From positions 1,443,161 to 1,507,160 of the forward strand of contig CAWKDB010000002.1 in assembly GCA_963848295.1 (NCBI GenBank): a DNA stretch of 64,000 nucleotides. The letters are read 5' to 3'. Positions 11,404 through 22,862 of the stretch are shown here, piece after piece (position 1 is the stretch's first letter; each line of letters opens with the position of its first letter). The notes below the pieces were generated by a model that saw only the letters and a program-made list of their open reading frames with translations, was not told the origin of the DNA and searched no databases. Both the position numbers and the translations under genes were made by a program. The stretch comes from an uncultured delta proteobacterium. GTDB taxonomy: Bacteria > Myxococcota_A > Polyangia > Haliangiales > Haliangiaceae.

Positions 11404-12779
11404 TGCGTCGGCGGCTTGATCGACTTGATCGGCGAGGTCGTGAAGTTGAGCTCGACCGAGATGCCGTCGACGAACCGCGGGTTGCCCTTCGAGTCGAGCG
11501 CGGTGGTGCACTGGATGACGCCGCCGTTCCCGTCCGGCATGTCGTCGATCTCGGTGCCGTCGCCGTCGATGCAGACGTCGACGACCTTCATGTCTTCGGC
11601 CGAGTTCGCGGTCGAATCGCAGAACGACTCGAGGCCGTCGCCGTCGACATCGATGTCGGGCGTGCGGCAACCCGCGTACTTTTTCTGCACCGCCGCGTTG
11701 CCCTTGGGCAGCGCGAGCAGCGGGCCGAGGATGTTCGCGAACGTCGCGTCGAGCAGCGAGTCCTCCGCGGTCAGGCCGATCTGCGACACGTCGAGGCCGC
11801 GGATCGTATCCATCGTCTTGGCATCGAGCACGCCGCCGAGCCGGCCGCCGGTGAACACGATCGAGTCGCCCATCATGACGGCGTTCGCCTGGATCGTCGC
11901 CCCGCTGATCTGGAGGTCGAGCGTGATGCCGTTGGACACCGGGATGTTGACGCCGAACAGGCCCGGCCCCGCGGTGAGCACGCCGTCGGTGATCGAGCCG
12001 TCCTTGAACGCGATGACCGGGTTGCCGCTGTCGTCGAACGACAGCTTGTCGAGGTAGACGTCGACCGGCGCGGCCGCGTTGAACGGGCTGCACACGGTCG
12101 GATCGGCGATCGTGCGATCGGCGATGCCATCGCAGTCGTTGTCTCTGCCATCGCCGCAGATCTCCGGCGCGCCCTTGTAGGTGGTCGGATCGGTGTCGTC
12201 GCAATCGCCGTCGGCCACGGTCTGACCGTCGCCGTCGCGATCCATCGTGTCGGTCGTGTTCGGCTGGCCCGGGCCGATCTCGTCGGCGAGGCCATCGCAG
12301 TTGTTGTCCTTGCCGTCGCCCGCGATCTCCGGCGCGCCCGGGAAGATCGTCGGGTCGTGATCGTTGCAGTCACCGCCCGAGTGCGCGGTCTTCTTGCCGT
12401 CGCCGTCGTCGTCGCGGTTGTAGTCGCCGAGATAGATCGCGAACTTGACGCACGAGTCGGTCGTCGGATCCGTGAGCCCGAAGAACTCGAACGGGAGCAC
12501 GATCTCGTTGTCGTTGAACGAGCTCGTGATCGCGCTCTGCGCGAGACTGCCGACCGCAGCGAGCTTGTTGTCCGGCGTGCCGTTGCCGTCGAGGTCGAAG
12601 CCGTCGGCGACGCTACCGATCGCGAGCGTCGAGATCACCTGCGGTGATGTCCCCATGTACGGGACGACATCGGCGCCCATGCACTCCGGCTTCGGCGTGA
12701 ACAGGTGGTGATCTGCGGTCCCACCGCCGTTGCAGCCCCACGCGCCGGCGAACATCGTGCAAACTAGAAGCTTCTTCAT
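11400..12779 (-). CDS. Lipoprotein with MopE-like putative metal-binding repeats
   Basis: Start MKKLLVCTMFAGAWGC. Two DC(N/D)DxDPTxxxGAPEIxGDGxDNxCDG repeats and Asp-rich DxDGDG motifs. Confidence 0.8.
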   Translation of the reverse strand: MKKLLVCTMFAGAWGCNGGGTADHHLFTPKPECMGADVVPYMGTSPQVISTLAIGSVADGFDLDGNGTPDNKLAAVGSLAQSAITSSFNDNEIVLPFEFFGLTDPTTDSCVKFAIYLGDYNRDDDGDGKKTAHSGGDCNDHDPTIFPGAPEIAGDGKDNNCDGLADEIGPGQPNTTDTMDRDGDGQTVADGDCDDTDPTTYKGAPEICGDGRDNDCDGIADRTIADPTVCSPFNAAAPVDVYLDKLSFDDSGNPVIAFKDGSITDGVLTAGPGLFGVNIPVSNGITLDLQISGATIQANAVMMGDSIVFTGGRLGGVLDAKTMDTIRGLDVSQIGLTAEDSLLDATFANILGPLLALPKGNAAVQKKYAGCRTPDIDVDGDGLESFCDSTANSAEDMKVVDVCIDGDGTEIDDMPDGNGGVIQCTTALDSKGNPRFVDGISVELNFTTSPIKSIKPPTQ

Positions 12780-12838
12780 GCGTCCTCGCGGCGCACTGAA
12801 CCACGGCGATTCCGACCCCGTCAATCCGTTTGTAACAA

Positions 12839-13618
12839 GTGTCCCGATCTGTTCTTCGAGCGCTGTGCCCGGCCGTCGCGGTCGTGGCCGTGATCACGTC
12901 CGCTTCCGCCGCGCGGGCGCACGTTGCCCCATCTGTCGACGACAACAACCGGTATCTCAAGCTGACCCCGCTCGGCGATCGCGTGAGGCTGGCCTACACC
13001 GTGTTCTACGGCGAGGTCCCCGGCGCGAGTGAACGCCAACACATCGATACCAACCACGACGGCAGTCTAAGCCCCGCCGAGGCCAAGGCGTTCGGCGACC
13101 GCATCGCGGCACAGGTCGGGCCAGCACTCGATGTCGAGGTCGATGGTTCGGAGCACCGCGTCACGTGGGCGAGCGTCGATGTCGGGCTCGGCTCCGACCT
13201 CACCGCGGCGGGTGCGTTCTCGATCGACATGGTCGCGTACCTGTGCCTGCCGGTCGCGCGCGGCGCCCACGTGGTCACGCTGCGCGACCGGTTTCGCGTG
13301 CCGAACCCCGGCGAGACCGAGGCGCGCGTCGAGGACAGCCCCGGGGTCACGATCGAAAAGACCCGAGTCGGCCCGACGAGCGATGTGACCAACGACTATC
13401 GGTTCGCCGGCCCGGGCGGACCGCTCGAGGACAACGGGCTCGAGCTGCACTTCACCGCGGGCCCGCGCTCGATAGTCACCGCCGACGGCGTCTGTATCAC
13501 CGAGGCGACGCCGCACGGCGCGCGCTGGGCGTTCCCGCTCGGCGCGGTAGTGGTCGTCGCGATCGCGGGCGGCATCGTCGTGATCACGCGTCGCAGGCGC
13601 GGCCGGCACGCGAGTTGA
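12839..13618 (+). CDS. Hypothetical secreted protein with EF-hand-like loop and C-terminal TM anchor
   Basis: Signal peptide ending ARA-H, DTNHDGSLSPAE loop, C-terminal hydrophobic helix plus RRRR. Start position uncertain. Confidence 0.6.
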   Translation: MSRSVLRALCPAVAVVAVITSASAARAHVAPSVDDNNRYLKLTPLGDRVRLAYTVFYGEVPGASERQHIDTNHDGSLSPAEAKAFGDRIAAQVGPALDVEVDGSEHRVTWASVDVGLGSDLTAAGAFSIDMVAYLCLPVARGAHVVTLRDRFRVPNPGETEARVEDSPGVTIEKTRVGPTSDVTNDYRFAGPGGPLEDNGLELHFTAGPRSIVTADGVCITEATPHGARWAFPLGAVVVVAIAGGIVVITRRRRGRHAS

Positions 13619-13641
13619 ACTACCTGTGGCGGAGGTCCGCC

Positions 13642-14238
13642 ATGCAGCTCAAGACTCTCGCCAGCATCTTGGCCGGCTCGTTCGCTCTCGCGGCGGTCGC
13701 GAGTGCGGATCCGGCGCCCAGAGGACCCGACTTCACCTCGACCGAGCATGCGCCGCCACCGGGCATCGACCACAGCCTGGTCGCATCGAGCGCGACTCGA
13801 CCGATCGATCCGTCCGAGCTCGTCACGTTCGGGTTCGACTCGTCACAGCTCGACCCCGCCGCGCTCAGGTCGATCGATCTCGCGGCGCACTGGCTCGCCG
13901 CCCATCCAGGCGATCGCGTCATCCTCGAAGGCCACGCCGATCGCTCGGGGAGCTCGGCGTACAACGACGATCTCGCGCTGCGCCGCGCCGAAGCGGTCGG
14001 GGCCCGGCTCGTCGGCGATGGGGTCAACCCGGACCGCGTGATCTTCGTGGTCTACGGCAAGCGCGATGCATCGCCCGAGGTCGACGCGAACGATCGCCGG
14101 GTCGTCGTCGCCGCGACCACGCTGCCGGCCGACGATGTCGTGCGGCTCGCGCTCGACCACGACGTGGTGGCTATGACCTGGCGCGAGCGGTCGTGGCAGC
14201 TCGCCCAGCCCGAGGCGCAACAGAGCGCGATGCGCTGA
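13642..14238 (+). CDS. OmpA family peptidoglycan-binding protein
   Basis: GGAGG RBS then MQLKT signal peptide; FGFDSSQL, LEGHADRSG...YNDDLALRRAEAV, RRV. Confidence 0.88.
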   Translation: MQLKTLASILAGSFALAAVASADPAPRGPDFTSTEHAPPPGIDHSLVASSATRPIDPSELVTFGFDSSQLDPAALRSIDLAAHWLAAHPGDRVILEGHADRSGSSAYNDDLALRRAEAVGARLVGDGVNPDRVIFVVYGKRDASPEVDANDRRVVVAATTLPADDVVRLALDHDVVAMTWRERSWQLAQPEAQQSAMR

Positions 14239-14275
14239 CAGCGTCGAGAGATCCGGCATATGATGACCCGAGTCC

Positions 14276-15762
14276 GTGAAGAAGTTTCCCGACTTCGTCC
14301 CACCGACCAAGGTCACCTACCTCGACCGCGGTCCGCTGCTGCATCTGCGCAAGTGCATCTTGCAAGCGGCGGACGACCCGTCGCGCGAGTGGACGTTCGA
14401 TAAGGAAGAGATCCGGATCGGCTCGATGGAGGACAACGACGTCGTCCTCCACGACGACACGGTGTCTCGCTATCACTGCCGGATCGTCCAAGACGACACC
14501 AGCTGGGTCGTGATCGACCAGCACTCGACGAACGGCACGTTCATCAACAAGGTGCGCGTGCGCGAGGGCCACTTGAAGCCCGGCTGCATGCTCGCGGTCG
14601 GCCAGCATCAGCTCAGGTTCAACGCGCGCGAAGAGGAAGTCCGGATCGAGCCGTCCGCCGCCGATCGCTGCGGTGGCCTGATCGGCGCGGACCCGAAGAT
14701 GCGCGAGATCTACTCGATCATCGAGAAGATCGCGCCGACCGCGACGACGATCGTGATCGACGGCGAGACCGGCACGGGCAAGGAGGTCGTCGCGCAGGCG
14801 ATCCACTCGCTATCGCCGCGGCAACGGCGGCGAGCTCGTCGTGTTCGACTGCGGCGCGGTGCCACCGAACCTGATCGAGAGCGAGCTGTTCGGCCACGAA
14901 AAAGGCAGCTTCACCGGCGCGATGATGACGCGTACCGGCCTGTTCGAGCAGGCCGACGGCGGCACGCTGTTCCTCGACGAGCTCGGCGAGCTGCCGATCG
15001 ACTTGCAGCCGAAGCTGCTGCGCGCGCTCGAGCAGCGCGAGGTCCGCCGCGTCGGTTCGACGAAGGCGCAGAAGGTCGACGTCCGGATCATCGCGGCGAC
15101 GAACCGCAACCTCGACGACGAGGTCCGCGCCGGCCGGTTCCGGCAAGACCTGTTCTACCGGCTCAGCGTCGTGCGCTTGCACCTGCCGTCGCTGCGCGAT
15201 CGCACCGACGACATCCCGCTGCTCGTCCAGCACTTCCTCGACCACGGGTCGCTACAACCGCGGCCCGGCCGGCAAGGCGCGGATCACCGGCATCTCGCCC
15301 GAGGCGATGGACAAGCTCAAGGGCTATCCGTGGCCGGGCAACGTGCGCGAGCTGGTCAACGTCGTCGAGCGCGCGGTGTCGTTCTGCGACTCGGAGCTGA
15401 TCGAGCTCGGCGATTTGCCCGAGGCGGTGCGCAGCTCGCGCGCCTCGACCGCGCGCGAGGTTCGGCGGCCGAGCTCGAGCGGCACGCCGACCGCCGCTGG
15501 CTCGCAGCCCGCGATGCCGGCGGCCGTCCCGATGCAAACTCCCGAGGAGCTGGTCAGCGGCGACATCACGTTCAAGGACGCGAAGGAGCGCTGGGTCGCG
15601 ACGTTCGAGCGCGACTACATCGTCCAGACGCTGCGCCGCAACACCGGCAACATCTCGCACGCCGCGCGGCAAGCCGACATCGACCGCAAGTACTTCCGCA
15701 AGCTGATGAAGAAGTACGACATCGAAGCGGCCGGCGTCGATGACGATCCGGTCGATGAGTGA
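14276..15762 (+). CDS. FHA-domain sigma54-dependent transcriptional activator (two apparent frameshifts, ~14820 and ~15250)
   Basis: FHA (VSRYHC, STNGTF), [48 protein letters not shown] and C-terminal HTH are split over three frames. Confidence 0.88.
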
Positions 15763-16795
15763 CGCGGGCGACGGCGGAGATGGCGACCCCGAAGATGCGA
15801 TCGACTTTGGCGAGACCTCGCATCTTGCCGCTGATGGCTCGCCGCGAATCGTCGAGCGCCGAATGATCGTGCCCCCCGAGCTCGCCGGGTTGCGGCTCGA
15901 TCACTTCATCAAGACGCAGATCTCGCGGCTGTCGCGCACGAAGATCCAGACGATCATCGACACGCAGCTCACGCGCATCGGCAACGACGGCCGGTTGAAG
16001 CCGGCGACCATCGTGATCGCGGGCGAGACCTTCGTGATCCGCCGCCCGGCGCGCGCCGAGCCCGCGTGTCCGCGCACGTTCGACGTGCTGCACGAGGATG
16101 CGCGGGTGCGCGTGATCGACAAGCCCGCAGGCCTGCCGGTGCACGCGTCGGCGAAGTTCTACTTCAACACGCTGACTCGCGTGCTGTGGGAGCGCTATCC
16201 CGACGAGCCCGAGCTCCAGATCTGTCATCGCCTGGACCGCGAGACGTCGGGCTGTCTCGTGGTCGCGCGCGACCGCGCGGCCGCCGCGGTGATCAAGACC
16301 GCGATCGCAGACAAGCGCAAGACGACGAAGCAGTACCTCGCGATCGTCCACGGCCAACCACCGTGGGACCGCGAGATCGTGCTCGACGCGGCGCTGCGGT
16401 TGTCGCAGAAGACCGACGCGACTCGCGTCCCGGGCGTGCGAGTGCTCGTCGACGAAGCCGGCGGGCTCGAGGCCGCGACCCGCGTCGTGGTCGTCCGGCG
16501 CACCAGCGAGTACGCGCTCGTGCGGTGCACGCTCGTGACCGGCCGCCAGCACCAGATCCGCGTCCACCTCGCCCACGCCGGGTTCCCGATCGTCGGCGAC
16601 AAGCTCTACGCGCACGGCGACGACGCGTTCGTCGCGTTCTGCGATGGCGGGATGACGCCGGAGCTCGCCGCGCGGTTCGTGTTGCCGCGCCATGCGCTCC
16701 ACGCCTCGTCGATCGAGCTGCCGCATCCCGACGGCGGGCGCCTGCACGCCGAAGCGCCGCTGCCCGCCGAGCTGCGCGCGTTGGTGCCGGAGTGA
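15755..16795 (+). CDS. RluA family pseudouridine synthase
   Basis: RLDHFI S4-like domain, DKPAGLPVH, HRLDRETSG, TGRQHQIRVH, PIVGDKLY, HALHA. Confidence 0.93.
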   Translation: MSDAGDGGDGDPEDAIDFGETSHLAADGSPRIVERRMIVPPELAGLRLDHFIKTQISRLSRTKIQTIIDTQLTRIGNDGRLKPATIVIAGETFVIRRPARAEPACPRTFDVLHEDARVRVIDKPAGLPVHASAKFYFNTLTRVLWERYPDEPELQICHRLDRETSGCLVVARDRAAAAVIKTAIADKRKTTKQYLAIVHGQPPWDREIVLDAALRLSQKTDATRVPGVRVLVDEAGGLEAATRVVVVRRTSEYALVRCTLVTGRQHQIRVHLAHAGFPIVGDKLYAHGDDAFVAFCDGGMTPELAARFVLPRHALHASSIELPHPDGGRLHAEAPLPAELRALVPE

Positions 16796-16804
16796 AGCCC
16801 GCCT

Positions 16805-17702
16805 CTACGACCGCGCACGGCGCAGCGCGATCACCGCCGCGGCGACCGAGATGATGCCGGCGGGCGCCCAGAACATCACGTAGTACGCCGCGCTCAGCCG
16901 AGCCTCGGGAGCCACGTCGGCGAGCGTCATCGCCGATTGCGCGAGCAAGCCGAGACCGGCGGCGCCGAGCAGCAACAGGCCCGCGCCGCGCCGAGCGACG
17001 ACGAGCGCGCTGCCGAGCATGAGAAACGGTGCGAGCACGAGCGCCGACATCTCGGTCTGGGGCACGAGGTGTGCGCCGAGCGCATAGAGCAGCAGCATCG
17101 CGCCTGCCGCCGCGCTCGTGATCGCGGCCCAGCGCGCCGACCGCACGAGGCGATCGTTCGCCGCCCAGACGCGTTTGCCATCGAAGTGGTCGCGCACCGC
17201 ACCGTGCGATAGCTGGATGAACACGGTCGCGCAGCCGATCACGCCGATCGCCGCGAGCCACGACGTCTCGTCGCGCCAGGTCCGCATCCCGATCGAGTTG
17301 AGCGCGCCGCCGAGCGCACCGGCGACGCCGAAGGCCAGCGCGATCCAGCGCGCCCACAGTTGGCGAAACAGCAGGCCGATCGCCGTCGTCAGCGCCGCCA
17401 CCGCGAGGAACGCCGCGTAGCCGCGGCTCGGCATCGCGTCCCACACGAACGGCCAATGCTCGGCGGCGCGTAGTCCCGCGAACGCCGCATTGCCGGCGAG
17501 CATCGCGGCCACGATCGCGACCCTCAGCCCGATCCGCGGCGCGTTACCGACGAACGTCGCCGCGGCCGTGCCGCCGAGTGCGAGCCCGGTCGCGATCATC
17601 ATCGCCGGCGTGATGTCGCCCCAGTGGCCGGTCCAGGTATAGAACAGCCAAGCGATCGCGCCGGCTCCGACGATCGCCTGGGGGATGACGGGTCGGGACA
17701 TG
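16805..17702 (-). CDS. Hypothetical polytopic membrane protein
   Basis: About 9 hydrophobic segments; no recognisable motif. Start approximate. Confidence 0.6.
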
Positions 17703-17879
17703 ACCAATCCTAACGCGCGGCGGAGCGAGAAGACCTGACGACTCGCGGGCGGCCGTATCGGAGGTGCCGTATCAAGGCATCGCTGACAGGAAGGTGTCGG
17801 GACATAGCTGACACCTATGAAGGGCGATGCCCTGGAATGCGCGGCGAGTTATGGGTTTGAAGCCCGAGCTCATCACCGA

Positions 17880-18330
17880 TGCGTCGGCGTCGGCGTCGGC
17901 TGCGGCGACGGCCGCGGCAACGGCAACGGCTTCGGCATCGGCGACGGCTACGGCATCGGCGACGGCTCCGGCATCGGCGACGGCGACGGCTCCGGCATCG
18001 GCGACGGCGACGGCGACGGCTGCGGCTCCGGTCACGGCGACGGCCCCGGCAACGGCTGCGGCGTCGGCGACGGCTCCGGCTGCGGCGACGGCGACGGCAT
18101 CGGCGACAGCTCCGGCATCGGCGACGGCATCGGCGACGGCATCGGCGACGGCTCCGGGGCATCGGCATCGGCGACGGCTCCGGTCACGTCGACAGGGGGG
18201 CAACGGGTACGGCTCCGGCATCGGCGACGGCTCCGGCATCGGGGGCGACGGCTCCGGCATCGGGGGCGACGGCTCCGGCATCGGCGACGGCTCCGGCATC
18301 GGCGACGGCGACGGGCGACGGCTCCGCCGG
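17880..18330 (+). repeat. Degenerate hexamer tandem tract (CGGCGA/CGGCAT/CGGCTC/CGGCTG)
   Basis: Directly visible, e.g. ggcgacggctccggcatc repeated over ~450 bp. Confidence 0.95.
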
Positions 18331-18389
18331 CTTCGCGACCGGCGCGTTTGAATCCGGCATAGGGTGCCGGAATCATCTCCGGCGCGCGC

Positions 18390-18710
18390 TCACCGCGTGA
18401 GCCGGAACAGCATCGCGCGCACGCGATCGAGCGGCGCCTCGATCGCGGCGAAGTCCTCGGCGGTGATGTAGCCGCGCGCCTTGGCGATCATGAGCGCCGT
18501 CGACAGCTCGCGCGCGCTGCCGAAGGCGCGGCGGAACATGTCGGGCCGGTCGAGGCCGGCGCGTGCGCTCGCCTCGGCGATGTTGAGCGCGATGCTCTCG
18601 GCGGCGCGGCCGATCTCGTCGGCGAGCGACCTGCGCCGCGATCGGAGCTTCGGCTCGACCGGGGCGAGCTGTTCGAGGACGGTGAGCGATTGAGCGAGGA
18701 CGTCGAGCAT
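18390..18710 (-). CDS. Four helix bundle protein (23S rRNA IVP / Avd-like), copy 1
   Basis: MLDVLAQ...SLADEIGRAAESIALNIAEA...AFGSARELSTAL...ARGYI...MLFRL matches the LxDQxxRAxxSxxxNIAEG...GSxxE pattern; AAAGG RBS. Confidence 0.88.
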   Translation of the reverse strand: MLDVLAQSLTVLEQLAPVEPKLRSRRRSLADEIGRAAESIALNIAEASARAGLDRPDMFRRAFGSARELSTALMIAKARGYITAEDFAAIEAPLDRVRAMLFRLTR

Positions 18711-18736
18711 GGTGTTGCCTTTCGTGGATGAGCGGA

Positions 18737-18929
18737 CGCCCGATTCGCCGGGGCCGTCTCGCCCGTCGCGCCGCACTCGCGCCGGCGCCGTGACGAGCGC
18801 GAGCACAAATCTCCGCACGCGTCGGTCGATCCAACTCGGCGGCGGTCGTTCGCACGCGTCGGTGGCCTCGGCGCTCGGCGCGGCGCTGGCGCGAAGCGGC
18901 GCAGGGCGACGGCCCCGGCGATCGGTGCG
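18737..18929 (-). ncRNA. Putative structured leader RNA/hairpin element upstream of four-helix-bundle gene, copy 1
   Basis: 18737-18783 is complementary to 18888-18929 (~40 bp bulged stem) with nested inner stems; paralogous to 19294-19490. Confidence 0.5.
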
Positions 18930-18946
18930 CCGCGAGCGCGAAAGGT

Positions 18947-19265
<319 letters not shown>

Positions 19266-19293
19266 TTAGAACCCTCGATGCTCCTTCGCTCGC

Positions 19294-19490
19294 GCCGATG
19301 GGCGGAACGTCTCTCTCGCCCTGCGCCGCTTCGCGCTTGTCCCGCGCCGAGCGCCGAATGCGCCGGCGTCTGCGATCGACCGCCGCGGAGTTGATCGGCC
19401 GGCGATTGCGGTGGTCAGCGCCCGCGCTCGTCACGGGACCCGCGCGAGTGCGGCGCGACGGGCGAGAGAGAGACGTTCCTACCCATCGGC
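19294..19490 (+). ncRNA. Putative structured leader RNA/hairpin element upstream of four-helix-bundle gene, copy 2
   Basis: gccgatgggcggaacgtctctctcgccctgcgccgcttcgcgc pairs with gcgcgagtgcggcgcgacgggcgagagagagacgttcctacccatcggc; inner stems are conserved with copy 1. Confidence 0.5.
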
Positions 19491-19511
19491 CACTCACTTC
19501 GGAGGATCATC

Positions 19512-19835
19512 ATGTCGTTCTACGCCCTCGACTTCGCCCTCGCCGTCCTGCAGCAGCTCGCCCCGATCGAGGCCAAGGTCCGCCGCACGCGCAAGTCACT
19601 CGCCGACGAGATCGTCCGCGCCGGCGAGAGCGTCGCGCTCAACCTCAGCGAGGGCCGCATGCGCATTGGCCTCGATCGCCCCGACTTCTATCGCCGCGCC
19701 GCCGGCAGCGCGAGCGAGCTCACGACCGCCCTGCTGATCGCGCAGGCGCGCGGCATCATCACCGCCGAAGACTTCGCTGCGATCGACGAGCCGCTCGATC
19801 ACGTCCGCGCGATCCTGTGGCGGCTCACGCACTGA
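19512..19835 (+). CDS. Four helix bundle protein (23S rRNA IVP / Avd-like), copy 2
   Basis: GGAGG RBS; SLADEIVRAGESVALNLSEG...AAGSASEL; about 64% identical (68/106, hand count) to copy 1. Confidence 0.9.
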   Translation: MSFYALDFALAVLQQLAPIEAKVRRTRKSLADEIVRAGESVALNLSEGRMRIGLDRPDFYRRAAGSASELTTALLIAQARGIITAEDFAAIDEPLDHVRAILWRLTH

Positions 19836-19985
19836 GCAAGCAGTCTTGCGCCGGCCTCCGCGCCGGCCAAACCGATTTTCGGCACCGCCCAAGCGCGCGA
19901 GGTGTAAGCGGGGTGTCAAGAGAACGTCGCCTCGTAACCTCAAGGATCCCGACAAATGTGTCCGCGATCTCTTGAGCACTTCCTC

Positions 19986-20232
19986 ACGGCAACAGCGACG
20001 GCAATGGCGACGGCAACGGCAACGGCGACGGCGACAGCGACGGCAACGGCGACAGCGACGGCAACGGCGACGGCGACAGCGACGGCAACGGCGACAGCGA
20101 CGGCAACGGCAACGGCGACGGCGACGGCAACGGCCACCGAGACGGCGACGGTTACGGCTCCGGTCACGGCGACGGCAACGGTTACGGCTCCGGTCACGGC
20201 GACGGTCGCGGCTCCGGTCACGGCATCGCCTG
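19986..20232 (+). repeat. Degenerate hexamer tandem tract (CGGCAA/CGGCGA/CAGCGA)
   Basis: Directly visible gcgacggcaacg repeats, ending with two copies of cggttacggctccggtcacggcgacgg. Confidence 0.95.
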
Positions 20233-20273
20233 CGGAGACGGAAACAGGACAGCGTCGGAACCGGCGGGCCGGA

Positions 20274-21134
20274 TCACAACAAGCTGAGCTGGCGTTCGCC
20301 GCCCGGCCAGGCGGGCAGCTCGCCGACCGCCGCGGTGTGCGCGCGCACCATCGCGTGGAATGCGTAGGCATTCTCGGGTGCGAACGTGTCGTCGGGCGCG
20401 TGCATGAAAAAGTACGGACGCTTGCCGGCCGCGATCCAGCGCGCGATCTGCGCGGCCCACGGCGCGACGAACGTCACGCTCTCGGCGAACACTTCGTGCG
20501 GCACGCAACGCACGATCGGCTGCTGCGCGGTCGATCCGACGATCACCGGCAGCTCCGGCTTCTTCGCGCGGACCTCAGCGAGCGCGAGGCTATGGCCGGC
20601 ATGCAAGCCGCGGGCGTCCATCGTGACGAGATCGATGCCGCGCTGCTCGAGTACGGCGAGCGCGGCGCGCCGTGCCTGCGCATCTGCGAAGAACGCTTCG
20701 TGCCGGAGCTCGACCGCGTACTGGAAGCCGCGCGGCAACGCGTCGAGGAACGTCGCGAGTCGCGGCACGAGCGGGGGATCGAACCGCGGCGGCAGCTGGA
20801 GAAACAACGTGCCGATCAGCCGGCCGAGCGGCGCGATGCGCTCGATGAACCGGCCGGCGTCACCCGACGCGTCGACGAGCAGCTTGTCGTGGCTGACTTC
20901 GCGCGGGAACTTGAAGCAGAATCGAAAGTCGGCCGGGACTTGGTCGCGCCAGCGCCGCACGGTCTCGACCGACGGCAGCGCGTAGAACGTCGTGTTGCCC
21001 TCGACCGTGTTGAACACCCGCGCGTAGTGCTCGAGGAATTCGCTCGGTCGCGTCGCGGTCGGGAACAGGCGGCCGACCCAGTTCTTGTCGGCCCAGCCCG
21101 GGCAGCCGAGGTAGTAGCCGCGCGGCCCGGTCAC
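20274..21134 (-). CDS. DUF72 domain-containing protein
   Basis: YLGCPGW, VEGNTTFYALP, FCFKFPREVSH, LQLPPRF, AVELRH, YFFMHAPD. Confidence 0.9.
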   Translation of the reverse strand: MTGPRGYYLGCPGWADKNWVGRLFPTATRPSEFLEHYARVFNTVEGNTTFYALPSVETVRRWRDQVPADFRFCFKFPREVSHDKLLVDASGDAGRFIERIAPLGRLIGTLFLQLPPRFDPPLVPRLATFLDALPRGFQYAVELRHEAFFADAQARRAALAVLEQRGIDLVTMDARGLHAGHSLALAEVRAKKPELPVIVGSTAQQPIVRCVPHEVFAESVTFVAPWAAQIARWIAAGKRPYFFMHAPDDTFAPENAYAFHAMVRAHTAAVGELPAWPGGERQLSLL

Positions 21135-22759
21135 TGCCAGTGCCACGGCTCGTAGGCCGCGACGAGCCACGGCTGAGCGTCGATGGTCGCGACGATGTAG
21201 AGCGGATCACCTGCGAGCTCGCCGACCCGAAGCTTCGCGCCGTCGCGCGGCGCATCGAGCGGGATCGCGACCGGAGCGTCGTCACGGTAGTACGTCAAGG
21301 TGACGGCGCTCGGATCGAGCCCGACCGGAGCGAGGGTCAGCGTGCCGTGATCGAGCTTGCCCAGTAGCGTGCGAAACGTGCCGTCGTCGCGGATCTCGCC
21401 GAGCGCCGCGATCACGTGCATCTCGAAGTGAGCCGGCGCGGGATAGGCCGGCGACTCGAAGATCGCGAGCTCGGAGCGCACTCCGTGAATGCCGAGCTGG
21501 GGATAGCGCCGCTGAGCTTGCGCGAGCAACGCGGTGAGCCGCTTCTTCAGATCCACCGGGTCGCGCACCGCGAACATCCCGCGATTCGCGTGATCGAACC
21601 AGCGTTGCACGCCGGCCTCGATCGGTCGATCGGCGGTGACCTCGAAGTGATCGGCGGCGACCGCGTACGGCAGGTGCTCGTCGTAAGGCGCGCGCGCGCG
21701 CACGGTCGCGAACATCGGGAACCCCGAAAATGGATACGTGTTGAGCTTCTGATCGAGCGCCGGCACGAACGCGACGAACGCGTCGTAGACCACGAACGCG
21801 ATCACGAAGATCCGCACGCTGCGCGGTGGCTTCCAGTCAGCCGGGACCTGCGCGGGCGCGACGAGCGCCGGGCGCAGCCAGCCGATCAGCCGATCCCAAT
21901 CGACGAACACCGCGTACAGCGGCAACCAGTGCAGGTTCCATAGATCCACGACGAGCCCGAGCGCGATCGTCTCGATCACGAAGAACCCGCCACACAACGC
22001 GCGCAGCCGCGGCCGGCGCACGAGAAAGCACGCGACGAGCGGCAGCGACTGCGACACGAGGTTCAAGCACGCGACCGTGCGGTAGCGCCAAGGGTCGTCG
22101 ATGATCCAATTCGCGAGCGCGGGTCGCGGCAGGTCGGCGAGATCGAACGCGACGAGCAGGTGATTGCGCAGCGAATCCGACAACGCCCAGCGCAGCGTGA
22201 AGTGGCCGTGGCCGAGCTTGTGGAACGCCGCGCCGGCGAACATCAGCGCGACCGCGAGCTGGACGAGTCGCAGCGACCACTGATAGCCGCGAGCGACGTC
22301 GATCGCCGGAAGCCCCCGCACGCGGCGGATCACCGCGTCGAGCGAGAGCACGTCGCCGCCGCGCGCTCCGAGAAACGCGAACTGAGCGATGAACACGACG
22401 TTGTATTGATGCGACCACGTCTTCGTCGATGCGTACGACAGCGCCGCGAGCGCGACCGCCGATGCAAAGCTGACCGCGGTCGAGGTCCGCGAGCGCAAGC
22501 CGAACAACATGCAGGCGGTCGACGCCCACGCGATGACGCGGAGCACCGCGACGACCAGCTCGCCGGGGGCCCAGTGACCGAACAGCATCCAGATCCCGAC
22601 CGGCCGATACAGCGTGTGTGCACCGGGCACGTCGCCGGTCGACATCGGCCGCCCGAGGCGGGCGAGCGATAACAGCACCGCGACCGCGAGCGCGACGCGC
22701 ACGATCGCCGCGGCATAGCGCCCTCCGTCGGCAAACCAGTACCGCTGCCAGCGCGTCAC
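21131..22759 (-). CDS. HTTM-like polytopic membrane protein
   Basis: RWQRYWF start, several TM helices, DVLSLD and MFAGAAFHKL motifs, C-terminal YPFSGFPMF soluble domain. Confidence 0.65.
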   Translation of the reverse strand: MTRWQRYWFADGGRYAAAIVRVALAVAVLLSLARLGRPMSTGDVPGAHTLYRPVGIWMLFGHWAPGELVVAVLRVIAWASTACMLFGLRSRTSTAVSFASAVALAALSYASTKTWSHQYNVVFIAQFAFLGARGGDVLSLDAVIRRVRGLPAIDVARGYQWSLRLVQLAVALMFAGAAFHKLGHGHFTLRWALSDSLRNHLLVAFDLADLPRPALANWIIDDPWRYRTVACLNLVSQSLPLVACFLVRRPRLRALCGGFFVIETIALGLVVDLWNLHWLPLYAVFVDWDRLIGWLRPALVAPAQVPADWKPPRSVRIFVIAFVVYDAFVAFVPALDQKLNTYPFSGFPMFATVRARAPYDEHLPYAVAADHFEVTADRPIEAGVQRWFDHANRGMFAVRDPVDLKKRLTALLAQAQRRYPQLGIHGVRSELAIFESPAYPAPAHFEMHVIAALGEIRDDGTFRTLLGKLDHGTLTLAPVGLDPSAVTLTYYRDDAPVAIPLDAPRDGAKLRVGELAGDPLYIVATIDAQPWLVAAYEPWHWQ

Positions 22760-22862
22760 CCGGGGCACGTTACCTCGGGTGGGTGGTGTCGCACACGTGG
22801 CTGAATGCCCCCGTGACGCGAGATCATGGAGTCTGGCGCCGCAGCCGGCTACGATCGCGGTG